A stretch of DNA of 64,000 nt, taken from assembly GCA_963761335.1 (NCBI GenBank), contig CAVXGR010000025.1, positions 53,670 to 117,669 of the forward strand, given 5' to 3'. Position numbers and translations under genes: made by a program. A model generated the notes under the pieces. It was not told where the DNA came from. It searched no databases and saw only the letters and a program-made list of their open reading frames with translations. Positions 48,160 through 58,642 of this stretch are shown here, piece after piece. The stretch is from an uncultured delta proteobacterium. Lineage in GTDB: Bacteria; Desulfobacterota; Binatia; HRBIN30; BPIQ01. Within the stretch, counting starts at the first letter, position 1. The number at the start of each line of letters is the position of its first letter.

Positions 48160-49345
48160 CTCCGGCCTTGGTGGCGCGATGGCGCCGCCGCGGTCCGCAA
48201 CGCCGCCGGCGGCGGAGGCGGCCGTCGATCTGGCGCCGGTCTTCGCCGCCTTTCGCCGGCGCCTCGAAGAGAGCGAGTACCTGACCGTTCACCGCTTGCA
48301 CTGCCACGAGCTCGCGCCTCGATCCATTTCGCAGGCGCTCCGGCAGACGCTGCCGCAGGCGCCACCGCGACTTCGGGATCTGCTGCGCCTCCTCTACCTC
48401 GAGGAATCGATTCCGCGGGCGCGCGCCGAGGCGGCACTGGGGGCGGATCTGCTGGCAGGGCTCTGCCGCGCCGGCGTGCTGATCGACGGCGGCGACGGCC
48501 GGGTGAGCTGCCGCTACATCGTCGAGATCGCCGAGGACACCTTGCTGCTGACCGAGAACTACCGCGCCCAGCCGCAACGGGTGTACTACGGCGAGGACTC
48601 GCAGTTCCTGCGCAGCATGCTGCGGCCGCACCCGGGCGACGTCTGTCTGGATCTGTGCAGCGGCACCGGAGTGCAGGGGCTGCGCTGCGCTGCCACCGCG
48701 GCCAGCGTCGACATGGTCGACATCAACCCGGCAGCGGTGCGCCTGGCGCGCCTGAACGCCGTGCTGAACGGCGTCTCCGAGCGCGTCCGCGTCTTCGAAG
48801 GGGATCTCTGGTCGGCTCTGCCGGCAACGCCGCGATACGACTACGTGGTCAGCAACCCGCCGTTGATGCCGGTGGCCGACGAGGTGGAGTACCCGGTCTT
48901 CGGGCACGGCGGCCCCGACGGCCTGCGCATCGTCCGCCGCATCCTTGGCGGCCTCGAGGGGCGCCTGCAGCGGCGCGGGCGCTGCGTGCTGATCGGCGTG
49001 TGCACCGGCGACGAGCATCGCCCCGACGTGCTTGCCGCGACTGCCGAGATCCTCGGAAGTCGATTCCGCGTCAGCCTCGTCCTGCTGCTGCAGATGCCAC
49101 TGCGCGACTGGATCCGGCTGATCGCCCAGACCTCCACTCTCTTCTACCCGCTGTCCTTTCAGAATGCGGTCTTGCGGTCGCGGACCGCGTACGCTTCGCG
49201 CCCCGAAAAGGAGTACGTCTACAGCTACTTGTTGAAATGCGAGCGCCTCGCCGACGGCGACAGCGGCGGCTGTGAGGTGATCGATTACTCCCACGTCGCC
49301 CACCGCGGCTTCTGGTTCCTCAGCCCGAATGGGGAGCTGCAGTGA
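48140..49345 (+). CDS. Class I SAM methyltransferase of PrmC/HemK type, candidate Asn side-chain N-methyltransferase
   Basis: LDLCSGTG, VDINP, EGDL, VSNPPL and GGPDGL; alternative start 48179. Confidence 0.85.
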   Translation: MTRHSSDSGLGGAMAPPRSATPPAAEAAVDLAPVFAAFRRRLEESEYLTVHRLHCHELAPRSISQALRQTLPQAPPRLRDLLRLLYLEESIPRARAEAALGADLLAGLCRAGVLIDGGDGRVSCRYIVEIAEDTLLLTENYRAQPQRVYYGEDSQFLRSMLRPHPGDVCLDLCSGTGVQGLRCAATAASVDMVDINPAAVRLARLNAVLNGVSERVRVFEGDLWSALPATPRYDYVVSNPPLMPVADEVEYPVFGHGGPDGLRIVRRILGGLEGRLQRRGRCVLIGVCTGDEHRPDVLAATAEILGSRFRVSLVLLLQMPLRDWIRLIAQTSTLFYPLSFQNAVLRSRTAYASRPEKEYVYSYLLKCERLADGDSGGCEVIDYSHVAHRGFWFLSPNGELQ

Positions 49346-51276
49346 CGGCTGCGTCCACGGGGCCGCGGGTTCTGCTCATCAACGCCCCCTTCGGCCTGAT
49401 CGAGTTTCCGCACCTCGGAACCAGTCTGATCAAGGCGGCGACGCGCGCCGCGGGCTTCGACTGCGACGTGCTCTACGCCAGCATCGAGTTCGCGCGCATC
49501 ATCGGCTTCACCGAGTACCTCACCATCGAGCGCGCCGCCTGCCCCATGCTTCTCCCGGAGCGCCCCTTCGCCGGGCTGGTGTCGGCGCACATTCCGTCGT
49601 TGGAGGACTACTACCGGGATCTGGTCACCCCCTTCGGCGAGCACCTGTGGCCCTTCATTCACGCCGAGGCGCCGCAGCAGATCGGGCGCGACTCCATGCG
49701 GCGCATTGCGGTCTGCGCCGCCGAGTTCACCGAGAGCCTGGTGGCGCGAACGCCGCTGGCGCCCTACGACGTCGTCGCCTTCAGCAGCAGCTACGGCCAG
49801 CATCTGGCCTCTCTGGCGATTGCCAAGCGCATCTCGGAGGTGCATCCCGGCAAGATCATCGCCTTCGGCGGCGCGAACTGCGAAGGGGCCATGGGCAAGC
49901 AGCTGGTGAAGTCGTTTCCCTTCGTCGACTACGCCTTCTCCGGCGACGGCGACGTGAGCTTTCCCCTCTTTCTCCAGGCTCTGCGCGACGGCCGGCCGGT
50001 GCGCATTCCCGGGGTCTTCAGCCGCGCCACGCTGGCCGAGGACGACGCCGACCTCTCCGCGCCGCTGACCCGTCAGGACCTGAACCAGCTTCCCTATCCG
50101 GACTACACGGACTACTTCGCGGCGCTCGAGCGGGCTCCCGAGGGCCGGCGCTACGCCATGGGAATCCCGATCGAGGGCTCGCGCGGCTGCTGGTGGGGCG
50201 AGAAGCACCACTGCACCTTCTGCGGATTGAACGGTCTCAGCATGCGCCACCGGGCGAAGACGGCGGAGCGGTTCCAGGCGGAGCTGCGCCACCTGGTGGA
50301 GCGCTACGGTCACAAGGGGGTGATGGCCGCCGACAACATTCTCGACCGCGGCTACTTCCGCGAGCTGCTGCCGCTCTTGAAGAAGGAGCGCTTTCACGAC
50401 GTGCTGTTCTTCGAGATCAAGGCGAACTTGCGCAGGGACGAGGTCGAGGCGCTCGCCGATGCCGGCATCACCCACGTGCAGCCGGGGATCGAGAGCCTCA
50501 GCACGCACGTGCTCGGGCTCATGGACAAGGGCACCACGGCGCTGCAGAACGTGCAGCTGCTCAAGTGGGCGGAGGAGTACGGCATCACTCTCACCTGGAA
50601 CCTCCTCTGCGGCTTCCCGGGGGAGACCGGGGAGGACTACGAGGAGATGGGCCGGCTGATGCAGAAGATTCCGCATCTGCAGCCGCCGGCGGCGTTCGCG
50701 CGCATCTCGATCGATCGCTTCAGCCCCTACTTCGACCGGCCGCGCCAGTACGGCATCGAGGTTCATCCCAGCCTGGCCTACTCCTACGTCTACGATCTGC
50801 CCGCCGAGGACATCCGCAACCTCGCCTACTGGCACTACTACAGCTGCGACAACGGCTCCTCGCGCCTCTCCCTCGACCCCCCGGCGTATGCGCGACACGC
50901 CCTGCGCCTGCGGGCGATCTGGGAGCGCGCCTACGGAAAGGTATGGCTGCGCTACTCGATCGACGAGGAGGGCTGCGTGCACGTCGACGACGGCCGCCCG
51001 GGAACCGCCGCGGCGCTCACCCGCCTCGACCCCCTGGACAGCGCCGTCTTTCTGGCCGCCGACGCGGCCGTGCCCCGCGAGGCGATTCATCGCCGCCTCC
51101 TCGATTGCGAGGGCGGCTCGCGTCTGACCCCGGCGGCCATCGACGCGGCCCTGCACGGGCTCGAGGAGCGGCGCTTCCTGCACCGCGACAGCGATTCCTT
51201 TCTGGCGCTGGCAACCACTGCGCACTGCCGCCCCCGGCCTCCGGCGCTCGGGGAGCTGGACGTCTTCACCCCGTAG
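49342..51276 (+). CDS. Cobalamin-dependent RiPP radical SAM C-methyltransferase #1 (PoyB/PoyC-like)
   Basis: N-terminal B12-binding region (FGGANC); SRGCWWGEKHHCTFC (Cx7Cx2C), QPGIES and IDRFSPY. Confidence 0.9.
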   Translation: MTAASTGPRVLLINAPFGLIEFPHLGTSLIKAATRAAGFDCDVLYASIEFARIIGFTEYLTIERAACPMLLPERPFAGLVSAHIPSLEDYYRDLVTPFGEHLWPFIHAEAPQQIGRDSMRRIAVCAAEFTESLVARTPLAPYDVVAFSSSYGQHLASLAIAKRISEVHPGKIIAFGGANCEGAMGKQLVKSFPFVDYAFSGDGDVSFPLFLQALRDGRPVRIPGVFSRATLAEDDADLSAPLTRQDLNQLPYPDYTDYFAALERAPEGRRYAMGIPIEGSRGCWWGEKHHCTFCGLNGLSMRHRAKTAERFQAELRHLVERYGHKGVMAADNILDRGYFRELLPLLKKERFHDVLFFEIKANLRRDEVEALADAGITHVQPGIESLSTHVLGLMDKGTTALQNVQLLKWAEEYGITLTWNLLCGFPGETGEDYEEMGRLMQKIPHLQPPAAFARISIDRFSPYFDRPRQYGIEVHPSLAYSYVYDLPAEDIRNLAYWHYYSCDNGSSRLSLDPPAYARHALRLRAIWERAYGKVWLRYSIDEEGCVHVDDGRPGTAAALTRLDPLDSAVFLAADAAVPREAIHRRLLDCEGGSRLTPAAIDAALHGLEERRFLHRDSDSFLALATTAHCRPRPPALGELDVFTP

Positions 51277-51286
51277 GAGAGATCCG

Positions 51287-53227
51287 GTGCGCGTGCTTCT
51301 CGTCGTCCCGCCGTTCGGCCTGATCGAGTATCCCCATCTCGCCACCAGCCTCCTCAAGGCCGAGGTGACCGCCGCCGGGTTCGAGTGCGATCTGCTCTAC
51401 GCCTCCGTCGAGTTCGCGCGGCGCATCGGCTTCGACACCTACCGCTGGATCTACACCCTCGACGCCCAGCTGCTCATTCCCGAGCGCATCTTCGCCCAAT
51501 CGCTCTTCGGCGACCGCATCCCCCCGTGGAACACCTACTGGCAGGAGGTGATCGCCGCCTACGAGCGGCCCATCCACACGCACCTGCGCACCGCCGGGGA
51601 GTACCAGCCTCACGCCAGCCTCTTCGGCAGGTTCCAGCAGGACGCGGCGGAGTACGTCGAGGAGCTGGCGGCACGCCCGGAGCTTTCCACCTACGACGTC
51701 ATCGGCTTTTCCACCAGCTACGGTCAGAACTGCGCCGCCCTCTCCCTCGCCAAGCGCGTCAAGGCGAGGTACCCGCGGATTCCCATCGTCTTCGGGGGCG
51801 CCAACTGCTCCGGCGGAATGGGCGAGACCATGCTGCGCCTCTTCCCCTTCGTCGACTACGTCTGCATCGAGGACGGCGACGTCAGCTTCCCGCAGCTGCT
51901 GCGCCAGATCGAGGCGGGCGTGCCGGTCAGGGTGCCGGGAATCATCTGCCGTGCCGACGTGCGGGGCGGGGCAGGGGAGCCGCCCGCAGCTTCACCCCCC
52001 GTCGCACACGAGATGGTGGGCGATCTGGACGCGCTTCCGTATCCGGACTTCTCCGACTACTTCGACGCCTTCCGCTTCGATTCCAGCCAGCACGCGGAGA
52101 TCGTCGCGCTTCCCATGGAGACGTCTCGCGGCTGCTGGTGGGGGCAGAAGCATCACTGCATCTTCTGTGGCCTGAACCGCGACTCGATGGCCTACCGGCA
52201 GAAATCGGCGAAGCGCATCGACGCCGAGATCCGCCACCTGGTGCGGCGATACGGCGTCAAGAAGATGATGATGACCGATAACATCATGAGCCGGGCCTTC
52301 ATCCGGGAAGGCGCCTCGCTGCTCGCCGAGGCTCCCGAGCACGAGCAGATCTTCTTCGAGGTGAAGGCGAACTTCACCAAGGAGGAGCTGTGCCGATTGA
52401 AGGCGGCCCGCGTCGATCACCTGCAGCCGGGAATCGAGAGCCTCTCCACCCACGTTCTGGCGGTGATGAAGAAGGGCGTCGATGCGCTGCAGAACCTGCA
52501 GGTTCTGAAGTGGTCCACGGAGCTCGGCATTCGCGTGTCGTGGAACATCCTCTGCGGCTTTCCCGGCGAGACGGCGGAGGACTACGAGCGCATGGCGGCG
52601 CTGATCCCGTTGATCCATCACCTGCAGCCGCCCCTCGGCTTCGCCCAGATCACCATCGATCGCTTCAGCCCGCTGTTCATGGAGCCGCAGAGATTCGGCA
52701 TCCGCCTGCAGCCGGCGCGCGCCTACCGCTACGTCTACCCGTTCTCCCAGGAGGACCTGCGCTCGCTCGCCTACTGGTTCTCGCACGACAGCGCCGCCGT
52801 CACCCTGGCGGCGCCGGCCTACGCCAAGAGCTCCTATCAGGCACATCTCATCTGGCGGCGCTTCCATTCGCGGGCCGAGCTCTCCTACGACTATCGCACG
52901 CCGGATTCGATCTCGATCGTCGACAGCCGCGGCGCCGGCAGCGGCGATCGCACTCTCGACCTCCTGGAGACGCGCGTCTTCGAGACGCTCGATCAGAAGC
53001 AGACCCTGCGCGGCGTGATGGAGCGCTTGAGCGAGGTCCTGGCGGCACCGCCGGCGGAGGCGGCCGTGGGCGCCGTCATCGAGCGCTTCCGCGACTGGCA
53101 CTACATCTACGAGGAGGACGGCAAGATGCTCGCCCTCGCCACCCGACGCACCGGGCTGAGCCCGGCGCAGGTCCACCCGTTTCTGCCCGGCGCCCTGGGC
53201 AACGAGCGGGCGCTGCCGGCCAGCTGA
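51287..53227 (+). CDS. Cobalamin-dependent RiPP radical SAM C-methyltransferase #2
   Basis: FGGANC, SRGCWWGQKHHCIFC, QPGIES and IDRFSP. Confidence 0.9.
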   Translation: MRVLLVVPPFGLIEYPHLATSLLKAEVTAAGFECDLLYASVEFARRIGFDTYRWIYTLDAQLLIPERIFAQSLFGDRIPPWNTYWQEVIAAYERPIHTHLRTAGEYQPHASLFGRFQQDAAEYVEELAARPELSTYDVIGFSTSYGQNCAALSLAKRVKARYPRIPIVFGGANCSGGMGETMLRLFPFVDYVCIEDGDVSFPQLLRQIEAGVPVRVPGIICRADVRGGAGEPPAASPPVAHEMVGDLDALPYPDFSDYFDAFRFDSSQHAEIVALPMETSRGCWWGQKHHCIFCGLNRDSMAYRQKSAKRIDAEIRHLVRRYGVKKMMMTDNIMSRAFIREGASLLAEAPEHEQIFFEVKANFTKEELCRLKAARVDHLQPGIESLSTHVLAVMKKGVDALQNLQVLKWSTELGIRVSWNILCGFPGETAEDYERMAALIPLIHHLQPPLGFAQITIDRFSPLFMEPQRFGIRLQPARAYRYVYPFSQEDLRSLAYWFSHDSAAVTLAAPAYAKSSYQAHLIWRRFHSRAELSYDYRTPDSISIVDSRGAGSGDRTLDLLETRVFETLDQKQTLRGVMERLSEVLAAPPAEAAVGAVIERFRDWHYIYEEDGKMLALATRRTGLSPAQVHPFLPGALGNERALPAS

Positions 53228-53236
53228 GGCGAGGGC

Positions 53237-55162
53237 ATGAGAGTCACCATCATCGTGCCGCCCTTCGGCCCCGTCGAGTATCCCGTTCTCGGCCCCAGCC
53301 TGCTGAAGCCGGCTCTCGAGGCGATCGGCGTGGCGTGCACCGTCGAGTATGCCTCGCTCGAGTTCGCGCGGCGCATTGGCTTCGAGGAGTACCTCGGCAC
53401 CTATTACGCCGACCCGCCGCTGCTCCTCGGCGACCGCGCCTTCGCGCGGGCTCTGTTTGGGGAGCAGGCGCCGCTGCTCGAGGAGTACTGGCAGCGCGTC
53501 GCCCTCCCGTTTGCGGAAGGGCTGATGCCCACGGTGCAGCGACGGCGTCTGTGCGAGCAGCGCCTGCAGACGTTGCGCGGCGCGGAAGACGCGGCCATGG
53601 CCTTCGTCGAGGACGTCGCCGCCTCATGTGCGGTCGCCGCCGGCGACCTCATCGGCTTCTCCAGCACCTTCGGCCAGCACGTCGCGGCGCTGGCGATGGC
53701 GCGCCGGGTGAAGGCGCGGTATCCGCAGAAGACGATCATCCTCGGCGGCGCCAACTGCGAGGGACCCATGGGCCGGGAGACGCTCGCCTCGTTTCCGTTC
53801 GTCGACTACGTCAGCAGCGGCCCGGCCGACCTCAGCTTCCCGGCCTTCGTGCGGCAGCTCGGAGAAGGGCGCTCGCCGTCGGTTCCGGGAATCCTCGGTC
53901 GCGGCGAGGCTGCCAGCGCGGGCGCTAGTCATCACGGTTTAGAGCCCGCTTCGCTCGACGACCTGCCGTATCCCGACTACTCGGACTTCTTTGCCGCCTA
54001 CGAGCGCCTGCCCGGCGAGCGCCGCCGGATCTACTCGATTCCCGTCGAGGGAGCGCGCGGCTGCTGGTGGGGAGCCAAGCACCACTGCATCTTCTGCGGC
54101 ATCAACGGCGAGCAGATGCCGTTTCGACGCAAGTCGGCGCGGCGCTTTCACGCCGAGATCAACCACCTGGTGCGCCGCTACGGCGCCACGCGCATCTGGG
54201 CCACCGACAACATTCTCGACCCGAGCTTCTTCGACGACCTCGTCCCCCAGCTCGAAGAGGAGCACGCCTACGAGGAGATGTTCTTCGAAGTGAAGGCGAG
54301 CCTGCGCAAGCCACAGCTCGCGGCGCTGGCGCGTGCCGGGATCACCCGCCTGCAGCCCGGCGTCGAGAGCCTCGACACCTCGGTGCTCCGGCTGATGAAG
54401 AAGGGCACCACTGCCCTGCAGAACCTGCAGCTGCTCAAGTGGGCGGAGGAGCTCGGCATCGCGCTCCAGTGGAACATCATCTGCGGCTTCCCGGGCGAGC
54501 CGCCGCAGGCCTACCGGCGCATGTACGAGGTCATGAAGCTGATCCCGCACCTGCCGCCCCCCAAGGCGTGCAGCCAGATCACCATCGACAGGTTCAGCCC
54601 CATCTTCAACGATCCCGCCGCCTTCGGCGTGCGCCTCGAGCCCGCGAAAGCCTATCGCTTCGTCTACCCGCTGCCGCCGGCGGCGCTGCGAAAGCTCGCG
54701 TACTTCCACAGCCAGCTCTCCGAGGCCGTCGACACCAACGATACCCTCGCCGTCCCGCCGTACGCCGCCGACGTCTTTCACCAGGCGAAGATCTGGCAGG
54801 GTCTCTACGGCCGCACGCGGCTTTGCTACTCCGCGGGCGCCGGCGGGACCGTCGAGGTGACCGACACTCGCCCGGGGGCAGAGCGCGAGCACCGCGCCCT
54901 CGGCGGCCTCGACGCTCGGGTGCTCGTCCTCGCCGACAGCGCCATCTCCGCCGAGCAGATCGCCGTCGCGCTGGCCGCGGGCGGCCCCACGCCCGCAGCC
55001 GCTGCGGTGGCGGAGTCGATCGAGCGCCTGCGGTCCTGGAGATACGTCTACTGCGAAGGGGGGAAGATTCTCGGACTGGCAACTCTTCGAGGAACGCCCG
55101 AGATCGCGGATCGCTGCCGGCAGAGCGAGGGCCGCGAGCCGGAGCCGGCGGGCCTGTCATGA
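53237..55162 (+). CDS. Cobalamin-dependent RiPP radical SAM C-methyltransferase #3
   Basis: LGGANC, ARGCWWGAKHHCIFC, QPGVES and IDRFSP. Confidence 0.9.
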   Translation: MRVTIIVPPFGPVEYPVLGPSLLKPALEAIGVACTVEYASLEFARRIGFEEYLGTYYADPPLLLGDRAFARALFGEQAPLLEEYWQRVALPFAEGLMPTVQRRRLCEQRLQTLRGAEDAAMAFVEDVAASCAVAAGDLIGFSSTFGQHVAALAMARRVKARYPQKTIILGGANCEGPMGRETLASFPFVDYVSSGPADLSFPAFVRQLGEGRSPSVPGILGRGEAASAGASHHGLEPASLDDLPYPDYSDFFAAYERLPGERRRIYSIPVEGARGCWWGAKHHCIFCGINGEQMPFRRKSARRFHAEINHLVRRYGATRIWATDNILDPSFFDDLVPQLEEEHAYEEMFFEVKASLRKPQLAALARAGITRLQPGVESLDTSVLRLMKKGTTALQNLQLLKWAEELGIALQWNIICGFPGEPPQAYRRMYEVMKLIPHLPPPKACSQITIDRFSPIFNDPAAFGVRLEPAKAYRFVYPLPPAALRKLAYFHSQLSEAVDTNDTLAVPPYAADVFHQAKIWQGLYGRTRLCYSAGAGGTVEVTDTRPGAEREHRALGGLDARVLVLADSAISAEQIAVALAAGGPTPAAAAVAESIERLRSWRYVYCEGGKILGLATLRGTPEIADRCRQSEGREPEPAGLS

Positions 55163-56874
55163 CGTCCCTGCGCGAGATCACCGCCTGGAAGGGCGTCTTC
55201 GGCCCGAACTCCCGCCGGGTCTTCACCTACCTCCGCCCGCAGCGGCGGAAGCTGTGGGCCATTGCGGTCCTCGGGATTCTGTACATCCCGCTCTCCCTGG
55301 TCGAGCCATACCTACTGCTCTATCTCGTCGATCGGGTGCTGCTCGGCGGCCATCCCGAGCTGCTGGTGCCGTTCTTCGTCCGCCTGCTGCCGCTCTTTCT
55401 GCTGGCGACCTGCGTCGACTTTCTCCTCAACTACACCCTGCTGCTCATCGCCCGCGACCTGCACCACGAGGTGAAATCGGAGCAGCTCGACAACCTGCTC
55501 GCCAAGGGCAGCAGCTTCTTTCGCAACACCGCCTCGGGCAAGCTGCTCTTCTCCTTCTTCAACGACTCCAACCAGATCGGCGCACTGCTCAGCTTCGGGG
55601 TGATCAACACCGTCCTCAACGTCTTCTTCGTCGCCGCGCGCCTGGTGATCCTCTGGTACCTCGACCCGATTCTGCTGCTCGCCTATCTCAGCATCGTGCC
55701 CTTCCAGATCGCCGTCATCTTCAAGGTGATGAAGGTCGCCATGCGCCTGGAGATCGACCTGAAGGGCAAGGACGAGGAGCTCACGGCGCGCATCGAGTCG
55801 CTGCTGCGCGGCGCTCTCACGGTGAAGGCCTTCGACTTCGGCGCGCCCATGGCCGGTATCTGGAAGCGGCGTTTCGCTTCGCGGCTGAACCTCGACCTGC
55901 GCAACATGATATGGAAGCAGCTCGGCTCGCTCACCGTCACCAACATCCAGGCCATCGGGGTGTTCCTGGTTCTCTTCATCGGCGCCTGGAAGATCGACGG
56001 CGCCGCCCTCACGCTCGGCGCGCTGCTGGCCTTCGTCGCCGTCAGCGGCCGGCTGACGCCGTCCCTGCAGGCGCTGATCGCCTTTCTCGTCGGCGTGCAG
56101 GAGTCGCTGGTGAACATCGAGCGCTATTACCGCATCTACGATCTGCCCGACGAGGAGGCCGAGTTCCGCGCCCCCACCGGCACGGCGATCAACGGCCAGC
56201 CGGCCGTCCTGCCGGAGAATCTCGGCGAGATCCGCGCCCGCCACGTCCTCGTCGACCACGGCAACGGGGCTCGCGTGCGGGTTCCCTGCGACTTCACCAT
56301 GAAGCGGGGACAGAGCTATCTCTGGTACGGCCCCAACGGCGTCGGCAAGACCTCGCTCGGCCTGGCGCTCGCCGGCCTCATCCCGCACGAGCCCGGCACC
56401 ATTCTCTGCCGCGACACGGCCCTGAGCGATTTCTCTCTGCGCTCGATACGGCAGAACATCCTCTACGTCGGCAGCGAGCCCTTCTGGCCCGAGCGGACCC
56501 TGCGCGACAACTTCGTCAACGGCAACGGCAGTGCCGCGCTCGACCGCGCTCGCCTCGAGGAGGCGCTCCAGGTGAGCACCGCCGGCCAGGTGCTCTCGTG
56601 CCTGCCGAAGGGCATGGACACCATCCTGAGCAGCGACGGGCACATCCTCTCCCGGGGCGAGAACCAGCGCCTCTTCCTGGCCATGGTCCTCTACCGCCGG
56701 CCGGCGGTGCTGGTGCTCGACGAGTCGCTGTCGAACGTCTCCGATCGGCTGCTGCGGCAGATCCTCGAGCGCCTCCGCGCTTACAGCGCCGATTGCCTGC
56801 GCGTCCACGTCAGCCACCGGCTCGATCATCAGGACCTGCTCGACAACTGGGTGGCCTTCGAACCCCTCGGGTGA
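55159..56874 (+). CDS. ABC exporter (TMD + NBD) without a C39 peptidase domain
   Basis: ATGA overlap; TM helices start near the N-terminus; GPNGVGKT, LSRGENQR, VLVLDE and SH. Confidence 0.9.
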   Translation: MTSLREITAWKGVFGPNSRRVFTYLRPQRRKLWAIAVLGILYIPLSLVEPYLLLYLVDRVLLGGHPELLVPFFVRLLPLFLLATCVDFLLNYTLLLIARDLHHEVKSEQLDNLLAKGSSFFRNTASGKLLFSFFNDSNQIGALLSFGVINTVLNVFFVAARLVILWYLDPILLLAYLSIVPFQIAVIFKVMKVAMRLEIDLKGKDEELTARIESLLRGALTVKAFDFGAPMAGIWKRRFASRLNLDLRNMIWKQLGSLTVTNIQAIGVFLVLFIGAWKIDGAALTLGALLAFVAVSGRLTPSLQALIAFLVGVQESLVNIERYYRIYDLPDEEAEFRAPTGTAINGQPAVLPENLGEIRARHVLVDHGNGARVRVPCDFTMKRGQSYLWYGPNGVGKTSLGLALAGLIPHEPGTILCRDTALSDFSLRSIRQNILYVGSEPFWPERTLRDNFVNGNGSAALDRARLEEALQVSTAGQVLSCLPKGMDTILSSDGHILSRGENQRLFLAMVLYRRPAVLVLDESLSNVSDRLLRQILERLRAYSADCLRVHVSHRLDHQDLLDNWVAFEPLG

Positions 56875-56877
56875 GTG

Positions 56878-57438
56878 ATGAAGCGCTGGCAGCTCGCCGT
56901 GATTCCCGTTCTTCTGGTCGCCAACTACTTCGTCATGGTGGTCCGACACGAAGGCTGCCACGCCCTCGTCGTTCTCCTCACCGGGGGCCACATCACCGCC
57001 TTCCACGTCTGGCCGCCGCGCGGCGCAAACCTGAGCTGGATCACCGAGGCGCCGCGCCTGCGCTCGGCGGGCGTCGTGCAGCTGCAGGCCATGCTGCCGC
57101 ACCTGGTTGCCGTCGGTCTGGTCCTCGCCAGCCTCTGGTACCTCGGCGGCGCCCGGCGCATGGGCTTCTGGCAGCTGAACGTGGCACTGACCGGGGTGGT
57201 GTTCCCGCTGATCGACCTCACCCTCAGCGTCGGCAGCTACTGGTTCGCCGACAACGACTTCTTCTTCGTGTTCGGGCCGGGGAGGCTTGCCGTGCGGGCG
57301 ACGCTGACGTTCTGGCTGCTCGTCATGATCGGCCTCGCCGTCTTCGTTCTGTGGCGCCGCCGCGCCGGCAGCGCCCGGGCGACGAGCGGGGCTGCGGCCC
57401 GCTCGCGAAGTGAGATGGTGGGCAATGTCCGACCTTGA
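56878..57438 (+). CDS. M50-like intramembrane zinc metalloprotease
   Basis: HEGCH (HExxH) within a hydrophobic helix, then GG; downstream N..P.ID; 4-5 TM segments. Confidence 0.65.
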   Translation: MKRWQLAVIPVLLVANYFVMVVRHEGCHALVVLLTGGHITAFHVWPPRGANLSWITEAPRLRSAGVVQLQAMLPHLVAVGLVLASLWYLGGARRMGFWQLNVALTGVVFPLIDLTLSVGSYWFADNDFFFVFGPGRLAVRATLTFWLLVMIGLAVFVLWRRRAGSARATSGAAARSRSEMVGNVRP

Positions 57439-58642
57439 GAAGACGCTCGACGCCTTCGATCGCTGCCTGCTCGCCGTGCCGGAGTTCGAGCTGGGCGCCG
57501 TCTTCGACGCTTCCTTTCTGGCGCAGATGCCGCTGCCGCAGCTCGAAGGACTGCTCCGCCACCTGTACGACGAGGTCGGCGCCTGCCGCGGGCACGAGAT
57601 CCTCGAAGCGCTCTCCGGGCACTCGGCGCGGGTGCGCTGGCGCTTCGACCGCGGGCAGTACGTCGACGGGGTCGTGGGGATCAGCGAAGCGCCCCCACAC
57701 CGGATCGTGTTTCTCAATTTCGGGCTTCCCAGCCGGGCGCGGGACACCTGGGCCGAGGTGGAGGCGGCGGCCCGTGCTCTGCCCGGACAGTCCGCCTTCG
57801 AGGTCCGCGACCTCGCCAGCGGGCGCGTCCTCGGCTCGCACCAGCCGGAGCGCCTGCTCGGCGCCGGCTCGACCAGCAAGCTGCTCCTCTTCTCCCGCCT
57901 GCTCGGCGACCTCGCCGCCGGCGAGCGGCGCTGGGAGGATCGAGTGGTTCTGGGATCGCAGCATCTCTCCGCGCCTTCGGGGATCATGCACCTCTGGCCG
58001 CTCGGCGGGCCGCTGACGCTGCACACGGCGGCGGTGCTGCTGATCTCCCTGAGCGACAACACCGCCGCCGACCTGTTGCTCGACGAGCTCGGTCGCGGGC
58101 GCATCGAGCAGACGATGGACGAGATGGGCGTCGGCACCCACGAGCTGAGCCGGCCCTTCCTCTCCACCCGAGCGGTCTTCCGCCTGGTCGCCTCGCCGCC
58201 CGAGCTGCAGGAGCGCTACCGCCGCGCCGCGCACTCCGAGCGGCTGCAGATGCTGCGCGACATCGAGGCGGCACGGCCGCAGGCGATCCAGCAGACCACC
58301 GAGTCGTGGCGGGAGGGCTTCGACTGGTACTTCTCCGCCGCCGAGGTGGTGCGCATGCTCGACCATCTGCGGCGGCAAATCGCCGAGGCGCCGATGGGGA
58401 AGGCGATCTTCGGCATGAGCCCGGCGGGGATCGCCTCCGACGGGTGGAAGTTCGTCGGCTACAAGGGCGGCTCGTCGCCCGGGCGCCTGGCGTTGGCGGC
58501 CCTCCTCGAGGACGACGTCGGCGGCGTCGGCGCCTGCCTGCTGACCAACACGACGCCGGAGACCTTCAACATGGAGGCGGCCGCCACGGTGATGAAACGG
58601 GCGACCGACCTCGCCTTGGCGCGGCCGCGAGAAGCCTCATGA
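57425..58642 (+). CDS. Serine hydrolase of the class A beta-lactamase/PBP fold with an N-terminal extra domain (Cpe/LpqF-like)
   Basis: GSTSK (SxxK), SDNTAAD (SDN) and YKGGS; no signal peptide. Confidence 0.85.
   Translation: MSDLEKTLDAFDRCLLAVPEFELGAVFDASFLAQMPLPQLEGLLRHLYDEVGACRGHEILEALSGHSARVRWRFDRGQYVDGVVGISEAPPHRIVFLNFGLPSRARDTWAEVEAAARALPGQSAFEVRDLASGRVLGSHQPERLLGAGSTSKLLLFSRLLGDLAAGERRWEDRVVLGSQHLSAPSGIMHLWPLGGPLTLHTAAVLLISLSDNTAADLLLDELGRGRIEQTMDEMGVGTHELSRPFLSTRAVFRLVASPPELQERYRRAAHSERLQMLRDIEAARPQAIQQTTESWREGFDWYFSAAEVVRMLDHLRRQIAEAPMGKAIFGMSPAGIASDGWKFVGYKGGSSPGRLALAALLEDDVGGVGACLLTNTTPETFNMEAAATVMKRATDLALARPREAS

Noticed and set aside
57425..58642. Antibiotic-resistance beta-lactamase
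   Set aside because: No signal peptide, extra N-terminal domain, KGG instead of KTG, and it is embedded in a biosynthetic operon.
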